32,000 nt of DNA from Erysipelothrix larvae (GCF_001545095.1 NZ_CP013213.1:2010001-2042000); one strand, 5' to 3'. Shown: positions 16,421 to 25,879, counted from the stretch's first letter. Translations and numbers: made by a program. Notes: generated by a model from the sequence alone, not told the origin.

Positions 16421-17812
16421 ATGAATACAATTACGATCTTAGCTTGGTTGATGATTGTTGTTTTCATCGTTTTATTAATGAGAAAAAAACTATCACCATT
16501 CACGGCACTTATCATTGTGCCACTAGTATTTGCTTTAATCGGTGCATTCTTAGGACTCTATACAGAGCAAATTAAAGAACTGTGGCCAGAAATAACCAAT
16601 CCAAATGTTTGGCATCAAATTCGAATTTTAGGAGAGTTCGTACAAGATGGTGTGAAAAAGACATCCACGACTGGTATTATGTTACTCTTCGCGATCTTCT
16701 ACTTCGCAATCATGTTGAATGCAGGTATGTTTGATCCAATTACTAAAGTCATGATTCGTATGGCAAATGGGGATCCCCTTAAGGTATTAGTGGCAACAGC
16801 AGTTGTTGCTGCAGCAGTATCCTTAAATGGTGATGGTACAACAACAACCTTGATTGTATGTACTGCCTTTATACCACTTTATAAGAAACTCAACATGAAG
16901 ATGATGAATCTTGGGGTTGTTGTAATCTTGATGAACACGATTATGAACTTACTTCCATGGGGTGGTCCGACTGCCCGTGTTATCTCAGTATTAACGGAGC
17001 TTAACGGTAAGGATTCAGAAATCCTTCGAGCTTTATTACCAGGTATGATTGCTGCAACAATTTATATGTTATGTGTTTCAGCATATCTAGGGATGAAAGA
17101 ACGTAAGCGTTTAGGTGTTGCCCACTTAACAGAAGCTGACATCGAACGTTTGACAACCTCAGTAGACCCTGAAGAAATCGCACTGAAACGTCCTAAATTA
17201 TTCTGGGTTAACTTAACAATGACCGTTGTTCTGATTGCATTGCTGATGATAGAAGATACATTCCCTTCATTATTCCTATTCTTAATTGGAACAATCTTAG
17301 CACTTCTAATTAACTATCCGAAACTGAAGGATCAAAAAGCACGTATCCAAGACAACGCTGGAGATGCAGTACAAGTTGTTATTCTTGTATTAGGTGCTGG
17401 AGCATTTACTGGACTCTTTACCGCTACAGGTATGTCTGATGCACTTGCGCTTAGCTTAACAAGCATTATTCCTACAAGCCTTGGACGTTACTGGGGACTT
17501 GTTATTGCATTCCTATCTGCACCAGGTACATTCTTCTTATCAAATGATGCATTCTACTATGGTGTGTTACCGGTACTTTCTGATGTTGGTGCTACTTATG
17601 GATTTACTCAAATGGAAATGGGTGTTGCTTCCCTACTTGGTCAAGCATTCCACCTTCTCAGTCCACTTGTTGCCTTCATTTACCTACTTCTTGCGAAAAC
17701 TGAACTTGATATGTTCGAATGGCAAAAAGAATCTGCGAAATGGGCATTGGGTATCTTCGCAATCTTTATCATTACAGCCGGAGTTTTAAATATCGTACCA
17801 TTTGTGCGATAA
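16421..17812 (+). CDS. citM: CitMHS-family citrate (metal-citrate):cation symporter
   Basis: The N-terminus (ILAWLMIVVFIVLLMRKKLSPFTALIIVPLVFALIGAF) closely resembles Bacillus CitM/CitH. The protein is a 463-aa polytopic membrane protein, and an AGGGAGGAAG ribosome-binding site precedes the start. Confidence 0.88.
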   Translation: MNTITILAWLMIVVFIVLLMRKKLSPFTALIIVPLVFALIGAFLGLYTEQIKELWPEITNPNVWHQIRILGEFVQDGVKKTSTTGIMLLFAIFYFAIMLNAGMFDPITKVMIRMANGDPLKVLVATAVVAAAVSLNGDGTTTTLIVCTAFIPLYKKLNMKMMNLGVVVILMNTIMNLLPWGGPTARVISVLTELNGKDSEILRALLPGMIAATIYMLCVSAYLGMKERKRLGVAHLTEADIERLTTSVDPEEIALKRPKLFWVNLTMTVVLIALLMIEDTFPSLFLFLIGTILALLINYPKLKDQKARIQDNAGDAVQVVILVLGAGAFTGLFTATGMSDALALSLTSIIPTSLGRYWGLVIAFLSAPGTFFLSNDAFYYGVLPVLSDVGATYGFTQMEMGVASLLGQAFHLLSPLVAFIYLLLAKTELDMFEWQKESAKWALGIFAIFIITAGVLNIVPFVR

Positions 17813-17835
17813 CCATAAAAGCATTCTAATAGTTT

Positions 17836-17870
17836 AAAAAGAACCGAGTGCATCTCGGTTCTTGTTTATT
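17836..17870. terminator. Bidirectional rho-independent terminator (citM and bioY)
   Basis: The stem pairs AAGAACCGAG with CTCGGTTCTT (about 17839-17863). It is flanked by an A-run and a T-rich run. Confidence 0.9.
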
Positions 17871-18389
17871 TTAAACAGGGATTCGATCACTGATCCATGA
17901 TGATACCACAGAACTGAGACTATCCGTTGGAAGATATGGTAAACAGTAGAGCATCAAAAGCTTGCTGATTTCAGTAGGTGCTTCTAGAAGTACAGTTAGA
18001 TTGTAATAGAGGTAAGGCATTGCGATACCATAGAGTACCACAATTCCTGCAATAAGGGATAGTATCCTGAACCCATATACTTTCTTGTCTTTAAAGGTTG
18101 CAATCGCATAAGCCATGGGAATAAACCCAACGATAAATCCAAAGGTTGGACTGAGTACAACGCCAAATCCACCCGATCCTCCTGCAAAGACTGGAAGTCC
18201 AATCAGTCCCAATAATACATAGAGGATAACTGCAGAAACAGCTTGCTTACGAGGAAGTGTTAATGCGGTGAGTGAGATTGCGAATGGTTGTAATGTAAAT
18301 GGAACGATCGGTGTAGGAATGGTAATTTGTGCGCAGACACCGATTAAAGCTGCGAACAGTGCTATATGTACTAAATCTTTAGTTTTCAT
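17871..18389 (-). CDS. bioY: BioY biotin transporter (ECF S-component type)
   Basis: The 172-aa membrane protein has BioY-like sequence (PFTLQPFAISL, GLPVFAGGSGG). An AAAGGAG ribosome-binding site lies inside the birA 3' end, and the gene overlaps birA by 11 nt. Confidence 0.88.
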   Translation of the reverse strand: MKTKDLVHIALFAALIGVCAQITIPTPIVPFTLQPFAISLTALTLPRKQAVSAVILYVLLGLIGLPVFAGGSGGFGVVLSPTFGFIVGFIPMAYAIATFKDKKVYGFRILSLIAGIVVLYGIAMPYLYYNLTVLLEAPTEISKLLMLYCLPYLPTDSLSSVVSSWISDRIPV

Positions 18390-19341
18390 TGATTTTCTCC
18401 TTTATACTTACTTCTCCTGAATTGAGGATGTGAATTGTTTGGTGTTCATCACTCACGACCAGATGACCATCACGGGTAATATCCAGTGCTTTATAAGTGC
18501 CTTCTTTGGTACTTAAGGTTACATCTTTTCCTAAGATCATTGAACGATGTTTATACGCATCAATCAGTGCCTCACGATTGTCAGGCAATGCGTTATAGAG
18601 CGTATAAAATTGGTGAAGTACACTCATAATTAACTCATTTTTATCAATAAGATGGTCGGTGTCTTCATTAAGTGCAGTATAGATTGCACTGAGCGAATCT
18701 GGAAGATGCGTGTCGTGTTCTGTATTGATACCAAATCCTACAATACAGTGTTTAAATTTCTGTGTTTCCAATTCGATTTCGCCTTCAGTTAAGATGCCGC
18801 AAAGCTTCTTGCCATTTAACAAGATGTCATTGAGCCATTTAATCTTCGGTTTTAAACCATATAAGGTTTCAAGTGCGAGACATACTGAAAGCCCTGCACA
18901 GACCGTCACCAATTGAACATCATTGAGTTCGAGCTTGGGTTCTAATACAAGCGACATATAAACACCATGATTTGATGGTGAATAGAAATTGCGCCCATAG
19001 CGACCCCTGCCTTGTGATTGGTGACTTGCGAGAATCAAGGTATTTGCGCTAAAAGGCTGTGATTTCGCATAGGTGTTTGTTGAATCTAGCGATTCAAAAT
19101 AATGAACTTCAGAAACATCATCCACCGACCTTTTGATATAGTCTGGTGAGATATTGCCAGAATGACTGTTCAAGCAATACCCTAGATTTCGAACGGAGTC
19201 GATTGAATACCCCAGGTCTTTAAGTTTCTGAATTTCTTTCCAGACATTTGCACGCGTCATATGAAGAGACTGAGCAATCGCTTCGCCACTTACATGTTGA
19301 TGCATGTTATTTTCTAGAATTTCAAGTAATTTCTGATTCAT
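18379..19341 (-). CDS. birA: Bifunctional biotin-protein ligase / biotin-operon repressor BirA (class II, with an N-terminal wHTH)
   Basis: The N-terminal HTH reads VSGEAIAQSLHMTRANVWKEIQKLKDLGY. The ligase core contains GRGRYGRNF. A GGGAGGA ribosome-binding site lies 6 nt upstream of the ATG at 19341. Confidence 0.9.
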   Translation of the reverse strand: MNQKLLEILENNMHQHVSGEAIAQSLHMTRANVWKEIQKLKDLGYSIDSVRNLGYCLNSHSGNISPDYIKRSVDDVSEVHYFESLDSTNTYAKSQPFSANTLILASHQSQGRGRYGRNFYSPSNHGVYMSLVLEPKLELNDVQLVTVCAGLSVCLALETLYGLKPKIKWLNDILLNGKKLCGILTEGEIELETQKFKHCIVGFGINTEHDTHLPDSLSAIYTALNEDTDHLIDKNELIMSVLHQFYTLYNALPDNREALIDAYKHRSMILGKDVTLSTKEGTYKALDITRDGHLVVSDEHQTIHILNSGEVSIKEKINEN

Positions 19342-19382
19342 AAAGTGTCCTCCCATGAGGAACAGTATCACGGTTTTGAACC

Positions 19383-19416
19383 ATTGTAAACCAAAATAAT
19401 GATTTTAGTTTACAAT
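19383..19416. promoter_or_regulatory. BirA operator (bioO-like inverted repeat)
   Basis: Perfect 9-bp arms ATTGTAAAC (19383-19391) and GTTTACAAT (19408-19416) are separated by 16 bp. The site lies 42 nt upstream of the birA ATG and matches the TGTAAAC...GTTTACA operator type known from E. coli bioO and Bacillota. Confidence 0.8.
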
Positions 19417-19529
19417 AGGTGTTCTTTTGATGTTTTTCACAGGGTTCACAGTCTAAAGAACACTTGAAAAGCACTATTTGATTTAAAGAGAATTTATAAT
19501 TATTGTGTAGAGGAGAGGTCGGTGAAATC

Positions 19530-19844
19530 ATGTTTTGGAATCGTAAAAAGAAAGCGTCACGTGAGCAAACACAACGTCAACCCATTCATATGGAACCCCG
19601 TGTTGAACCACTTGATTTTACAGTAAAAGCGACACAAGAAGAAGTCGAATTGGTCAGTGTCATCACATCTTCCATACTCACGCAAGATAAAACAGATACA
19701 ACGTTTAAAGTGCGTTCTGTAAGGCGTGTTGATGAAGATAAAGTTGCGGTTGCGGCGATTGTTGCATCCGTACTGGCTCAAGATAAACCAGAATCAAGCG
19801 TACGCTTAGTCAGTTTACACGAAGTTAATAAGGAGGAAGCATAA
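19530..19844 (+). CDS. oadH: Small soluble Oad-associated subunit (positional analogue of E. faecalis OadH) with two VAAI-type repeats
   Basis: The protein is 104 aa from the ATG at 19530, preceded by a GAGGAGAGG ribosome-binding site. It has no transmembrane helix and contains an internal repeat of about 31 aa. It is the first gene of the oad-cit operon. Confidence 0.65.
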   Translation: MFWNRKKKASREQTQRQPIHMEPRVEPLDFTVKATQEEVELVSVITSSILTQDKTDTTFKVRSVRRVDEDKVAVAAIVASVLAQDKPESSVRLVSLHEVNKEEA

Positions 19845-20234
19845 ATGCTAAGGAAATTTAGAGTCAAATTAAATGACAAGGAATACATCGTTGAAATGGA
19901 GGAACTTGGAGCACCTGTTGTCCAACCAACACCACCGCCACAACCTCAAAGTGCCCCACAACCTGCGGCCCAACCACAACCGGTCCAACAAGCACCGCAA
20001 GTTCAGATGGATACAACCGGTGGTACAGAAGTATTCTCACCGATGCCTGGAAACATTTTAGATGTTTTGGTTAAAGTTGGCGATAATGTTACTGAAAACC
20101 AAGTGCTTCTTGTACTTGAAGCCATGAAAATGGAAAACAATATTGTTTCTCCACAAGCGGGTACAGTTGTAGCAGTAAATGTCACCAAAGGGTCAACAGT
20201 TGATGTTGGCGCATTGATGATTGTAGTTAAGTAG
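19845..20234 (+). CDS. oadD: Biotin carboxyl carrier subunit of oxaloacetate decarboxylase
   Basis: The biotinylation motif is EAMKMEN. A Pro/Gln-rich linker precedes a C-terminal biotinyl-lipoyl fold. An AGGAGGA ribosome-binding site precedes the start. Confidence 0.9.
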   Translation: MLRKFRVKLNDKEYIVEMEELGAPVVQPTPPPQPQSAPQPAAQPQPVQQAPQVQMDTTGGTEVFSPMPGNILDVLVKVGDNVTENQVLLVLEAMKMENNIVSPQAGTVVAVNVTKGSTVDVGALMIVVK

Positions 20235-20243
20235 GAGGCGAAC

Positions 20244-21359
20244 ATGGATTTTCTAATACAAGGTATTACCAGCATTACAATGGGGCAGATCATCATGATG
20301 GTGATTGGGGCCATCTTAATTTATTTAGGGATTGTGAAGAAATATGAACCAACCCTTCTTATTCCAATGGGATTGGGCTCAATACTTGTGAACTTTCCTT
20401 CATCTGGATTGATTACCCACCCTGGTGGACCAGAAGGGGTGTTAAATGTATTGTTTGATGCCGGGATCGCTACAGAGCTCTTCCCATTACTCATCTTTAT
20501 TGGAATTGGGGCCATGATTGACTTTGGACCCTTACTTCAAAATCCTTCCATGCTTCTATATGGTGCTGCAGCGCAGTTTGGAATCTTCTTCACAATAATC
20601 GTCGCATTATTGTTTAATTTCTCACTTGAACAAGCGGCTTCAATTGGAATCATTGGTGCTGCCGATGGACCAACATCTATCTTTGTTGCGAATAAACTCG
20701 CTCCTGATTTGCTGGGGCCAATTACCGTTGCAGCATACTCATACATGGCACTTGTGCCAATCATTCAACCTGTAGCAATTAAGCTTGTTACAACAAAAAA
20801 TGAACGCAAAATTAAGATGACGTATAAAGCAACGGGTGTATCAAAACGCGTGAAGATTTTCTTCCCAATTGTGATTACAATTGTCGCAGGATTTATCGCT
20901 CCGGTATCACTTCCACTTGTAGGATTCCTTATGTTTGGAAACTTATTGCGTGAATGTGGTGTCTTGGATAGTTTAAGTGCAACAGCGCAAAATGAACTCG
21001 TTAACCTTGTGTCCATTCTCTTAGGTCTTACTATCTCTTTGAAGATGACAGCAGAAGCCTTCCTTAATATTCAAACACTGATGATTATTGGATTTGGTCT
21101 TGTGGCATTCATCATGGATACCATTGGTGGTGTTTTATTTGCGAAGCTCTTAAATCTTTTCAGAAAAGAAAAAATCAATCCGATGGTTGGTGCTGCAGGA
21201 ATCTCTGCATTCCCAATGTCGGCACGTGTTGTTCAAAAACTTGCAACAGATGAAGATCCTCAAAACTTTGTTCTCAATTTCGCAATTGGCGCAAACGTTT
21301 CGGGTCAAATTGCTTCTGTTATCGCAGGTGGTATGATCTTAATGTTCTTTGGATTTTAA
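20244..21359 (+). CDS. oadB: Oxaloacetate decarboxylase beta subunit (Na+-pumping membrane subunit)
   Basis: The 371-aa polytopic protein has OadB/GcdB/MmdB-family sequence (GAADGPTSIF, AAGISAFPMSARV). A TAGGAGG ribosome-binding site precedes the start. Confidence 0.9.
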   Translation: MDFLIQGITSITMGQIIMMVIGAILIYLGIVKKYEPTLLIPMGLGSILVNFPSSGLITHPGGPEGVLNVLFDAGIATELFPLLIFIGIGAMIDFGPLLQNPSMLLYGAAAQFGIFFTIIVALLFNFSLEQAASIGIIGAADGPTSIFVANKLAPDLLGPITVAAYSYMALVPIIQPVAIKLVTTKNERKIKMTYKATGVSKRVKIFFPIVITIVAGFIAPVSLPLVGFLMFGNLLRECGVLDSLSATAQNELVNLVSILLGLTISLKMTAEAFLNIQTLMIIGFGLVAFIMDTIGGVLFAKLLNLFRKEKINPMVGAAGISAFPMSARVVQKLATDEDPQNFVLNFAIGANVSGQIASVIAGGMILMFFGF

Positions 21360-21375
21360 ATAGGAGGAACCCAGT

Positions 21376-21516
21376 ATGACATTCGATATGGAGTTAATTA
21401 AACAAGGGTTAGAAATCATGGTTGTAGGTATGGGTGGCATCTTTGCATCGTTGCTTATTATCTATGCATCCAGTGCGCTTTTACTCAAAATATTCCCAGA
21501 AGAAACGCATAAATAA
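21376..21516 (+). CDS. oadG: OadG-like gamma-subunit membrane micro-protein (46 aa; not in the supplied ORF track)
   Basis: A TAGGAGGAA ribosome-binding site lies 8 nt upstream of the ATG. The translation is MTFDMELIKQGLEIMVVGMGGIFASLLIIYASSALLLKIFPEETHK. It carries the OadG-family pattern (hydrophobic-GMG-hydrophobic helix, then FPE). The stop lies 5 nt before the citC ATG, which has no ribosome-binding site of its own. Confidence 0.7.
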   Translation: MTFDMELIKQGLEIMVVGMGGIFASLLIIYASSALLLKIFPEETHK

Positions 21517-21521
21517 TCTGT

Positions 21522-22559
21522 ATGTTTCAATTGAAGCAATTATTCATTCATCGCAATCAATACCAAAAGGATACATGGGAATCGTTTCTTAAAACATCAG
21601 GCATCAAGTCTGAAGCAAGTGTTGATGCGGTTTATGGTATTTATGACGACCAAACGCTGATTGGTACGGGTGCCATCTACCAAAACATCTTGAAATGTCT
21701 TGCAATTAGCGAGGATTATCAAGGAGGTGCGGCATTAAACAAACTGATATCGCATCTTATGGATGCAGTATGGCAAAAAGGATACACAGCATGTTATGTG
21801 TACACAAAACCCAGTGTTGTCCAGTCATTTATGCATCTTGGATTTAAAGAAATTGTCCGCGTTAATGATGCGCTTGTATTCCTTGAGAAAAGCATGACAG
21901 GTCTTGATTCCTATCTTGCTTATCTAAAAGATAACAAACAAGCATCTGATAATGCATGCGCAATTGTTATGAATGCTAACCCCTTTACATTGGGGCATCA
22001 GTATTTGGTTGAACAAGCATCTTCGGAAAATGACTGTGTTTATGTCTTTGTTGTAAATGAAGACAGTTCACAGTTTCCAAGTGCAATTCGCAAAGAACTT
22101 GTCGTTAAAGGGGTGTCTCATTTAAAAAATGTTGTTGTTTTAGACACACGGAACTACATGGTATCTTCGCAAACATTCCCTTCATATTTTTTGAAGGACG
22201 ATCAAGATGTAACACGGGTTCATGCAACACTCGATGCAATGGTATTTAAAACACACATTGCACCAGCACTCTCAATTACCAAGCGATTTGTTGGGGATGA
22301 ACCGTATTCATTCGCTACTGCAATCTATAACACAGTTTTAAAAGAAGTGTTAGAACCAACAATTCATGTTGAAATTCTTGAACGCAAGAAAATCAACAAC
22401 CACATCGTAAGCGCTACGACTGTGCGTAAATTGTTAAAGGAAAAGAACACAGAGGCTGTAAAGCCTTTTGTACCGGCCACAACCTATCAGTACTTAATCA
22501 GTACTGATGGACAAAAAACAATAGAAAAACTAAGAACAGGAGGAAGTGGAAATGGCTAA
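21522..22559 (+). CDS. citC: [Citrate (pro-3S)-lyase] ligase
   Basis: The protein resembles E. coli CitC along its length ([48 protein letters not shown]). Confidence 0.92.
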   Translation: MFQLKQLFIHRNQYQKDTWESFLKTSGIKSEASVDAVYGIYDDQTLIGTGAIYQNILKCLAISEDYQGGAALNKLISHLMDAVWQKGYTACYVYTKPSVVQSFMHLGFKEIVRVNDALVFLEKSMTGLDSYLAYLKDNKQASDNACAIVMNANPFTLGHQYLVEQASSENDCVYVFVVNEDSSQFPSAIRKELVVKGVSHLKNVVVLDTRNYMVSSQTFPSYFLKDDQDVTRVHATLDAMVFKTHIAPALSITKRFVGDEPYSFATAIYNTVLKEVLEPTIHVEILERKKINNHIVSATTVRKLLKEKNTEAVKPFVPATTYQYLISTDGQKTIEKLRTGGSGNG

Positions 22560-22872
22560 ATTTGAAATACAGAAACAAGCAATGGCAGGAACACTTGAGT
22601 CATCTGATTTACAAATCGTAATCGACAAAAACGATGGCAAGGGAATTGAAATCAATCTTCAATCAAGTGTTGAGTATCAATTTGGGAAACAAATCCGAGA
22701 AGTAATCCTTGAAACACTCAATCAACTGGGTATCACTGATGCAAAGGTTGAAGCAGTGGATAAAGGTGCTTTAGATTGTACAATCAAAGCACGTACAATC
22801 GCAGTAGTTCATCGTGCATGTGGCATTACAATGAATTATGATTGGGAGGAACTTGATTCATGGAACGTTTAA
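22552..22872 (+). CDS. citD: Citrate lyase acyl carrier protein (gamma subunit)
   Basis: The AGTLESSD motif carries the prosthetic-group serine. A GGAGGAAGTGG ribosome-binding site precedes the ATG at 22552, and the gene overlaps the citC stop. Confidence 0.92.
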   Translation: MAKFEIQKQAMAGTLESSDLQIVIDKNDGKGIEINLQSSVEYQFGKQIREVILETLNQLGITDAKVEAVDKGALDCTIKARTIAVVHRACGITMNYDWEELDSWNV

Positions 22873-23771
22873 GAAGAACGATGATGTTTATACCAGCGAG
22901 TAATCCTGGAATGTTACGTGATGCAAATCTCTATGGTGCAGACTCAATTATGTTTGACCTTGAAGATTCAATCTCATTGAAAGAAAAAGATACCTCACGG
23001 TTCTTACTCTATCAAGCAGTAAAAACGCTTGATTTTGGAACAACAGAAACGGTGGTTCGTGTCAATGACTTATCTAATGGGGGTGTTGATGATATTCACG
23101 CGATGGTTCGTGCGGGGATTGATGTGATTCGACTCCCTAAAACGGAGACAAAAGAGGATGTCATTGCTGCAGAAAAAGTAATTCTAGATGCAGAAACAAA
23201 ATGTGGTCGCGAAATTGGCTCAACCAAGATCTTTGCAGCAATTGAAGGCCCATTAGGAGTGCTCAATGCTTACAGCATCGCAACTGCAAGCGAGCGCTTG
23301 GTAGGGATTGCCTTAGGTGCAGAGGACTATGTAACCGCCATGAAGACTCGTCGTTACCCAGAGCGTAACAGCGATGAAATTTTCTTTGCACGCTCAATGA
23401 TTGTTCATGCAGCACGTGCTGCAGGCATTGCAGCGGTTGATACAGTATTCTCAGATGTCAATGATTCAGAAACATTTGAACGTGAAACAGCCTTTATCCG
23501 TCAACTTGGATTTGACGGTAAATCCGTGATTAATCCACGTCAGATACCGATTGTAAATAAAGTATACCGTCCAACAGATAAAGAAATTGCGAATGCACTT
23601 GATGTTATTGCCGCAATTCAAGAAGCTGAAAGCAAAGGTCTTGGGGTTATCTCACTCAATGGTAAGATGATTGACAAACCAATTGTTGAACGTGCAGAAC
23701 GTGTGATTATGCTTGCTAAAGCAGCAGGAATTAACCTAAATGCAAAGGAGACTGACCATGGCAAAGAATAA
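22860..23771 (+). CDS. citE: Citrate lyase beta subunit (citryl-CoA lyase)
   Basis: The N-terminus is [21 protein letters not shown] and HpcH/CitE-fold motifs are present. The gene overlaps the end of citD. Confidence 0.92.
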   Translation: MERLRRTMMFIPASNPGMLRDANLYGADSIMFDLEDSISLKEKDTSRFLLYQAVKTLDFGTTETVVRVNDLSNGGVDDIHAMVRAGIDVIRLPKTETKEDVIAAEKVILDAETKCGREIGSTKIFAAIEGPLGVLNAYSIATASERLVGIALGAEDYVTAMKTRRYPERNSDEIFFARSMIVHAARAAGIAAVDTVFSDVNDSETFERETAFIRQLGFDGKSVINPRQIPIVNKVYRPTDKEIANALDVIAAIQEAESKGLGVISLNGKMIDKPIVERAERVIMLAKAAGINLNAKETDHGKE

Positions 23772-25302
23772 AGTCGGACGTGAAATTCCAGAAGTATATG
23801 CATCGAAGTTTGGTGTATTTGAAGATCAATTTGCACGCAAACCAGAATACAAACGTGCAAGTGGTAAAGCAGTCGCAATGTTACCCAATGAATCAAAACT
23901 TAGAGATTCAATTCGTGAGGTAATCCTTGAGACTGGACTCAAAGATGGTATGACCATCTCATTTCACCACCACTTCCGTGAGGGTGATCAGGTTTTAAAC
24001 ATGGTAATGGACGAGATTGCAGCACTGGGAATTAAAAACCTATCGCTTGCATCCAGTTCAATTGCAAATGTTCACGCACCACTCATTGACCATATTAAAA
24101 ATGGCGTGATTACAAACATTACGTCCAGTGGACTTCGTGATAAAGTCGGTGCTGCAATATCATCAGGCATCATGGAAAACCCTGTTGTCATTCGTTCACA
24201 CGGTGGCCGTGCACGTGCGATTGAAATGGGTGACATTCACATTGATGTTGCCTTCTTAGGTGCACCAAGTTGTGACCATTACGGTAATGCAAATGGCTCA
24301 CATGGTAAAGCAACCTGTGGTTCTTTAGGGTATGCTAAGGTTGATGCTGAGTTTGCAGATAAGGTAGTAATCATTACGGATAACCTTGTGCCATATCCTA
24401 ACACACCGATTAGTATTCCTCAAAATCATGTAGATTATGTGGTTGTGGTGGATTCAATTGGTGATCCAAAAGGAATTGCGAAAGGTGCAACACGTTATAC
24501 CACAAATCCTAAAGAGTTATTGATTGCAGAATATGCAGAACGCGTCATCAGAGAAACACCATACTATAAGAATGGTTTCTCATTCCAAGCCGGTACTGGT
24601 GGTTCTGCTTTGGCTGTTGCTCGTTATCTTCGCAACTCAATGATGCGCGATCATATCAAAGCAAGCTTCGCATTGGGTGGTCTTACAGGCCATTTATGTG
24701 ACATGATGGAAGAAGGACTCATCGAGAAAGTACTCGATACCCAATCCTTTGATATTGGAGCAACTGAATCACTTAAAAAGAATGAATCACACTATGAAAT
24801 CTCTGCTTCATTCTATGCGAATCCTGGAAACAAAGGTGCAGCTGTCAACAACCTTGACTTTGTCGTATTATCTGCTCTTGAAATCGATACCGATTACAAC
24901 GTGAATGTAATGACTGGATCCGATGGTATGATTCGTGGGGCATCTGGTGGACACTCTGACACTGCATGCGGATCAAAAGTATGTATTATCTTAACACCAT
25001 TGGTACGTGGACGGATTCCAACTGTAGTAGAACATGTGAATACCATTATCACACCAGGACAATCGATTGATATCGTATGTACCGAAGTGGGGATTGCAAT
25101 TAATCCATTGCGTAAGGACCTTCTTGAAGTCTTTAAGGATTCAGACATTCCACAATTCACCATCGAAGAACTCAAAAACAAGGCTTACAGCATTGTGGGG
25201 ACACCTGATCCAATTGAGTACGGTGAAAAAGTTGTGGCACTCATTGAATACCGTGACGGTAGCTTGATTGATGTTGTACGTCAAGTTAAGCGTGATGAAT
25301 AA
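23758..25302 (+). CDS. citF: Citrate lyase alpha subunit (citrate CoA-transferase)
   Basis: The 514-aa CitF-like protein follows an AAGGAG ribosome-binding site upstream of the ATG at 23758. It overlaps the end of citE by 14 nt. Confidence 0.92.
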   Translation: MAKNKVGREIPEVYASKFGVFEDQFARKPEYKRASGKAVAMLPNESKLRDSIREVILETGLKDGMTISFHHHFREGDQVLNMVMDEIAALGIKNLSLASSSIANVHAPLIDHIKNGVITNITSSGLRDKVGAAISSGIMENPVVIRSHGGRARAIEMGDIHIDVAFLGAPSCDHYGNANGSHGKATCGSLGYAKVDAEFADKVVIITDNLVPYPNTPISIPQNHVDYVVVVDSIGDPKGIAKGATRYTTNPKELLIAEYAERVIRETPYYKNGFSFQAGTGGSALAVARYLRNSMMRDHIKASFALGGLTGHLCDMMEEGLIEKVLDTQSFDIGATESLKKNESHYEISASFYANPGNKGAAVNNLDFVVLSALEIDTDYNVNVMTGSDGMIRGASGGHSDTACGSKVCIILTPLVRGRIPTVVEHVNTIITPGQSIDIVCTEVGIAINPLRKDLLEVFKDSDIPQFTIEELKNKAYSIVGTPDPIEYGEKVVALIEYRDGSLIDVVRQVKRDE

Positions 25303-25879
25303 CTTAGAAATTTCGTTGAAACAAGCATTCAGTGTTGGTGAAGTATCAACACTGGATGCAATCTTAGATCATCGCGAAAAGCGCAGAAGTTTTCAGATCA
25401 AGTTGGGACAAACATATCCTGGGTGTGTCATTATCTCCTATAAATGTAACATACCGGGTCCCATTAAGAATAATGCGGTCATCACACAGATCTTTAACGT
25501 TGGACATACGCGCATTCTCACAACACTTCAAACTGTTTCATGGCACATGGTTTATCATAAAACCATAAACCTACCGACTGGACTTGATGGGTTCTATGTT
25601 GTAAAAGAGGCTCACATGAAAGAAGTAAAAAGTGCGATGGTTCAACTTGAAGAAACAGACACCCTTGGTCGTCTGTTTGATATCGATGTACTGACCTATG
25701 AAAACAACGCACTTCATTCACAATCACGAACAGCATTAGGGTTTAGCCCACGAAAATGTCTCATCTGTGATCACGAAGCCAAAGCGTGTGGACGCTCGCG
25801 CAAACACTCTGTTTCTGAGCTCCATGATACGATCATTAAATATCTAATAAAAGAGAGAGGAGCTGAGTCTATTGACTAA
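25295..25879 (+). CDS. citX: Apo-citrate lyase phosphoribosyl-dephospho-CoA transferase (holo-ACP synthase)
   Basis: The call rests on its position after citF, its size of about 194 aa and CitX-like sequence (GRLFDIDV). The ATG at 25295 overlaps the citF stop. Confidence 0.82.
   Translation: MNNLEISLKQAFSVGEVSTLDAILDHREKRRSFQIKLGQTYPGCVIISYKCNIPGPIKNNAVITQIFNVGHTRILTTLQTVSWHMVYHKTINLPTGLDGFYVVKEAHMKEVKSAMVQLEETDTLGRLFDIDVLTYENNALHSQSRTALGFSPRKCLICDHEAKACGRSRKHSVSELHDTIIKYLIKERGAESID

Noticed and set aside
16306-16575. An 89-aa plus-strand ORF spanning the citM upstream region and the citM start.
   Set aside because: It is out of frame with the well-supported CitMHS gene, whose N-terminus matches the family from its own ribosome-binding site and ATG at 16421. 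The ORF has no ribosome-binding site and covers the cre and promoter region.
19464-19500. An attempt to define a complete sigma-A promoter for the oad-cit operon, pairing TTGAAA at 19464 or TTGATT at 19478 with TATAAT at 19495.
   Set aside because: The spacers are 25 nt and 11 nt, outside the functional 16-18 nt range. I therefore report only the -10 element, inside the finding, as consistent with an activator-dependent promoter.
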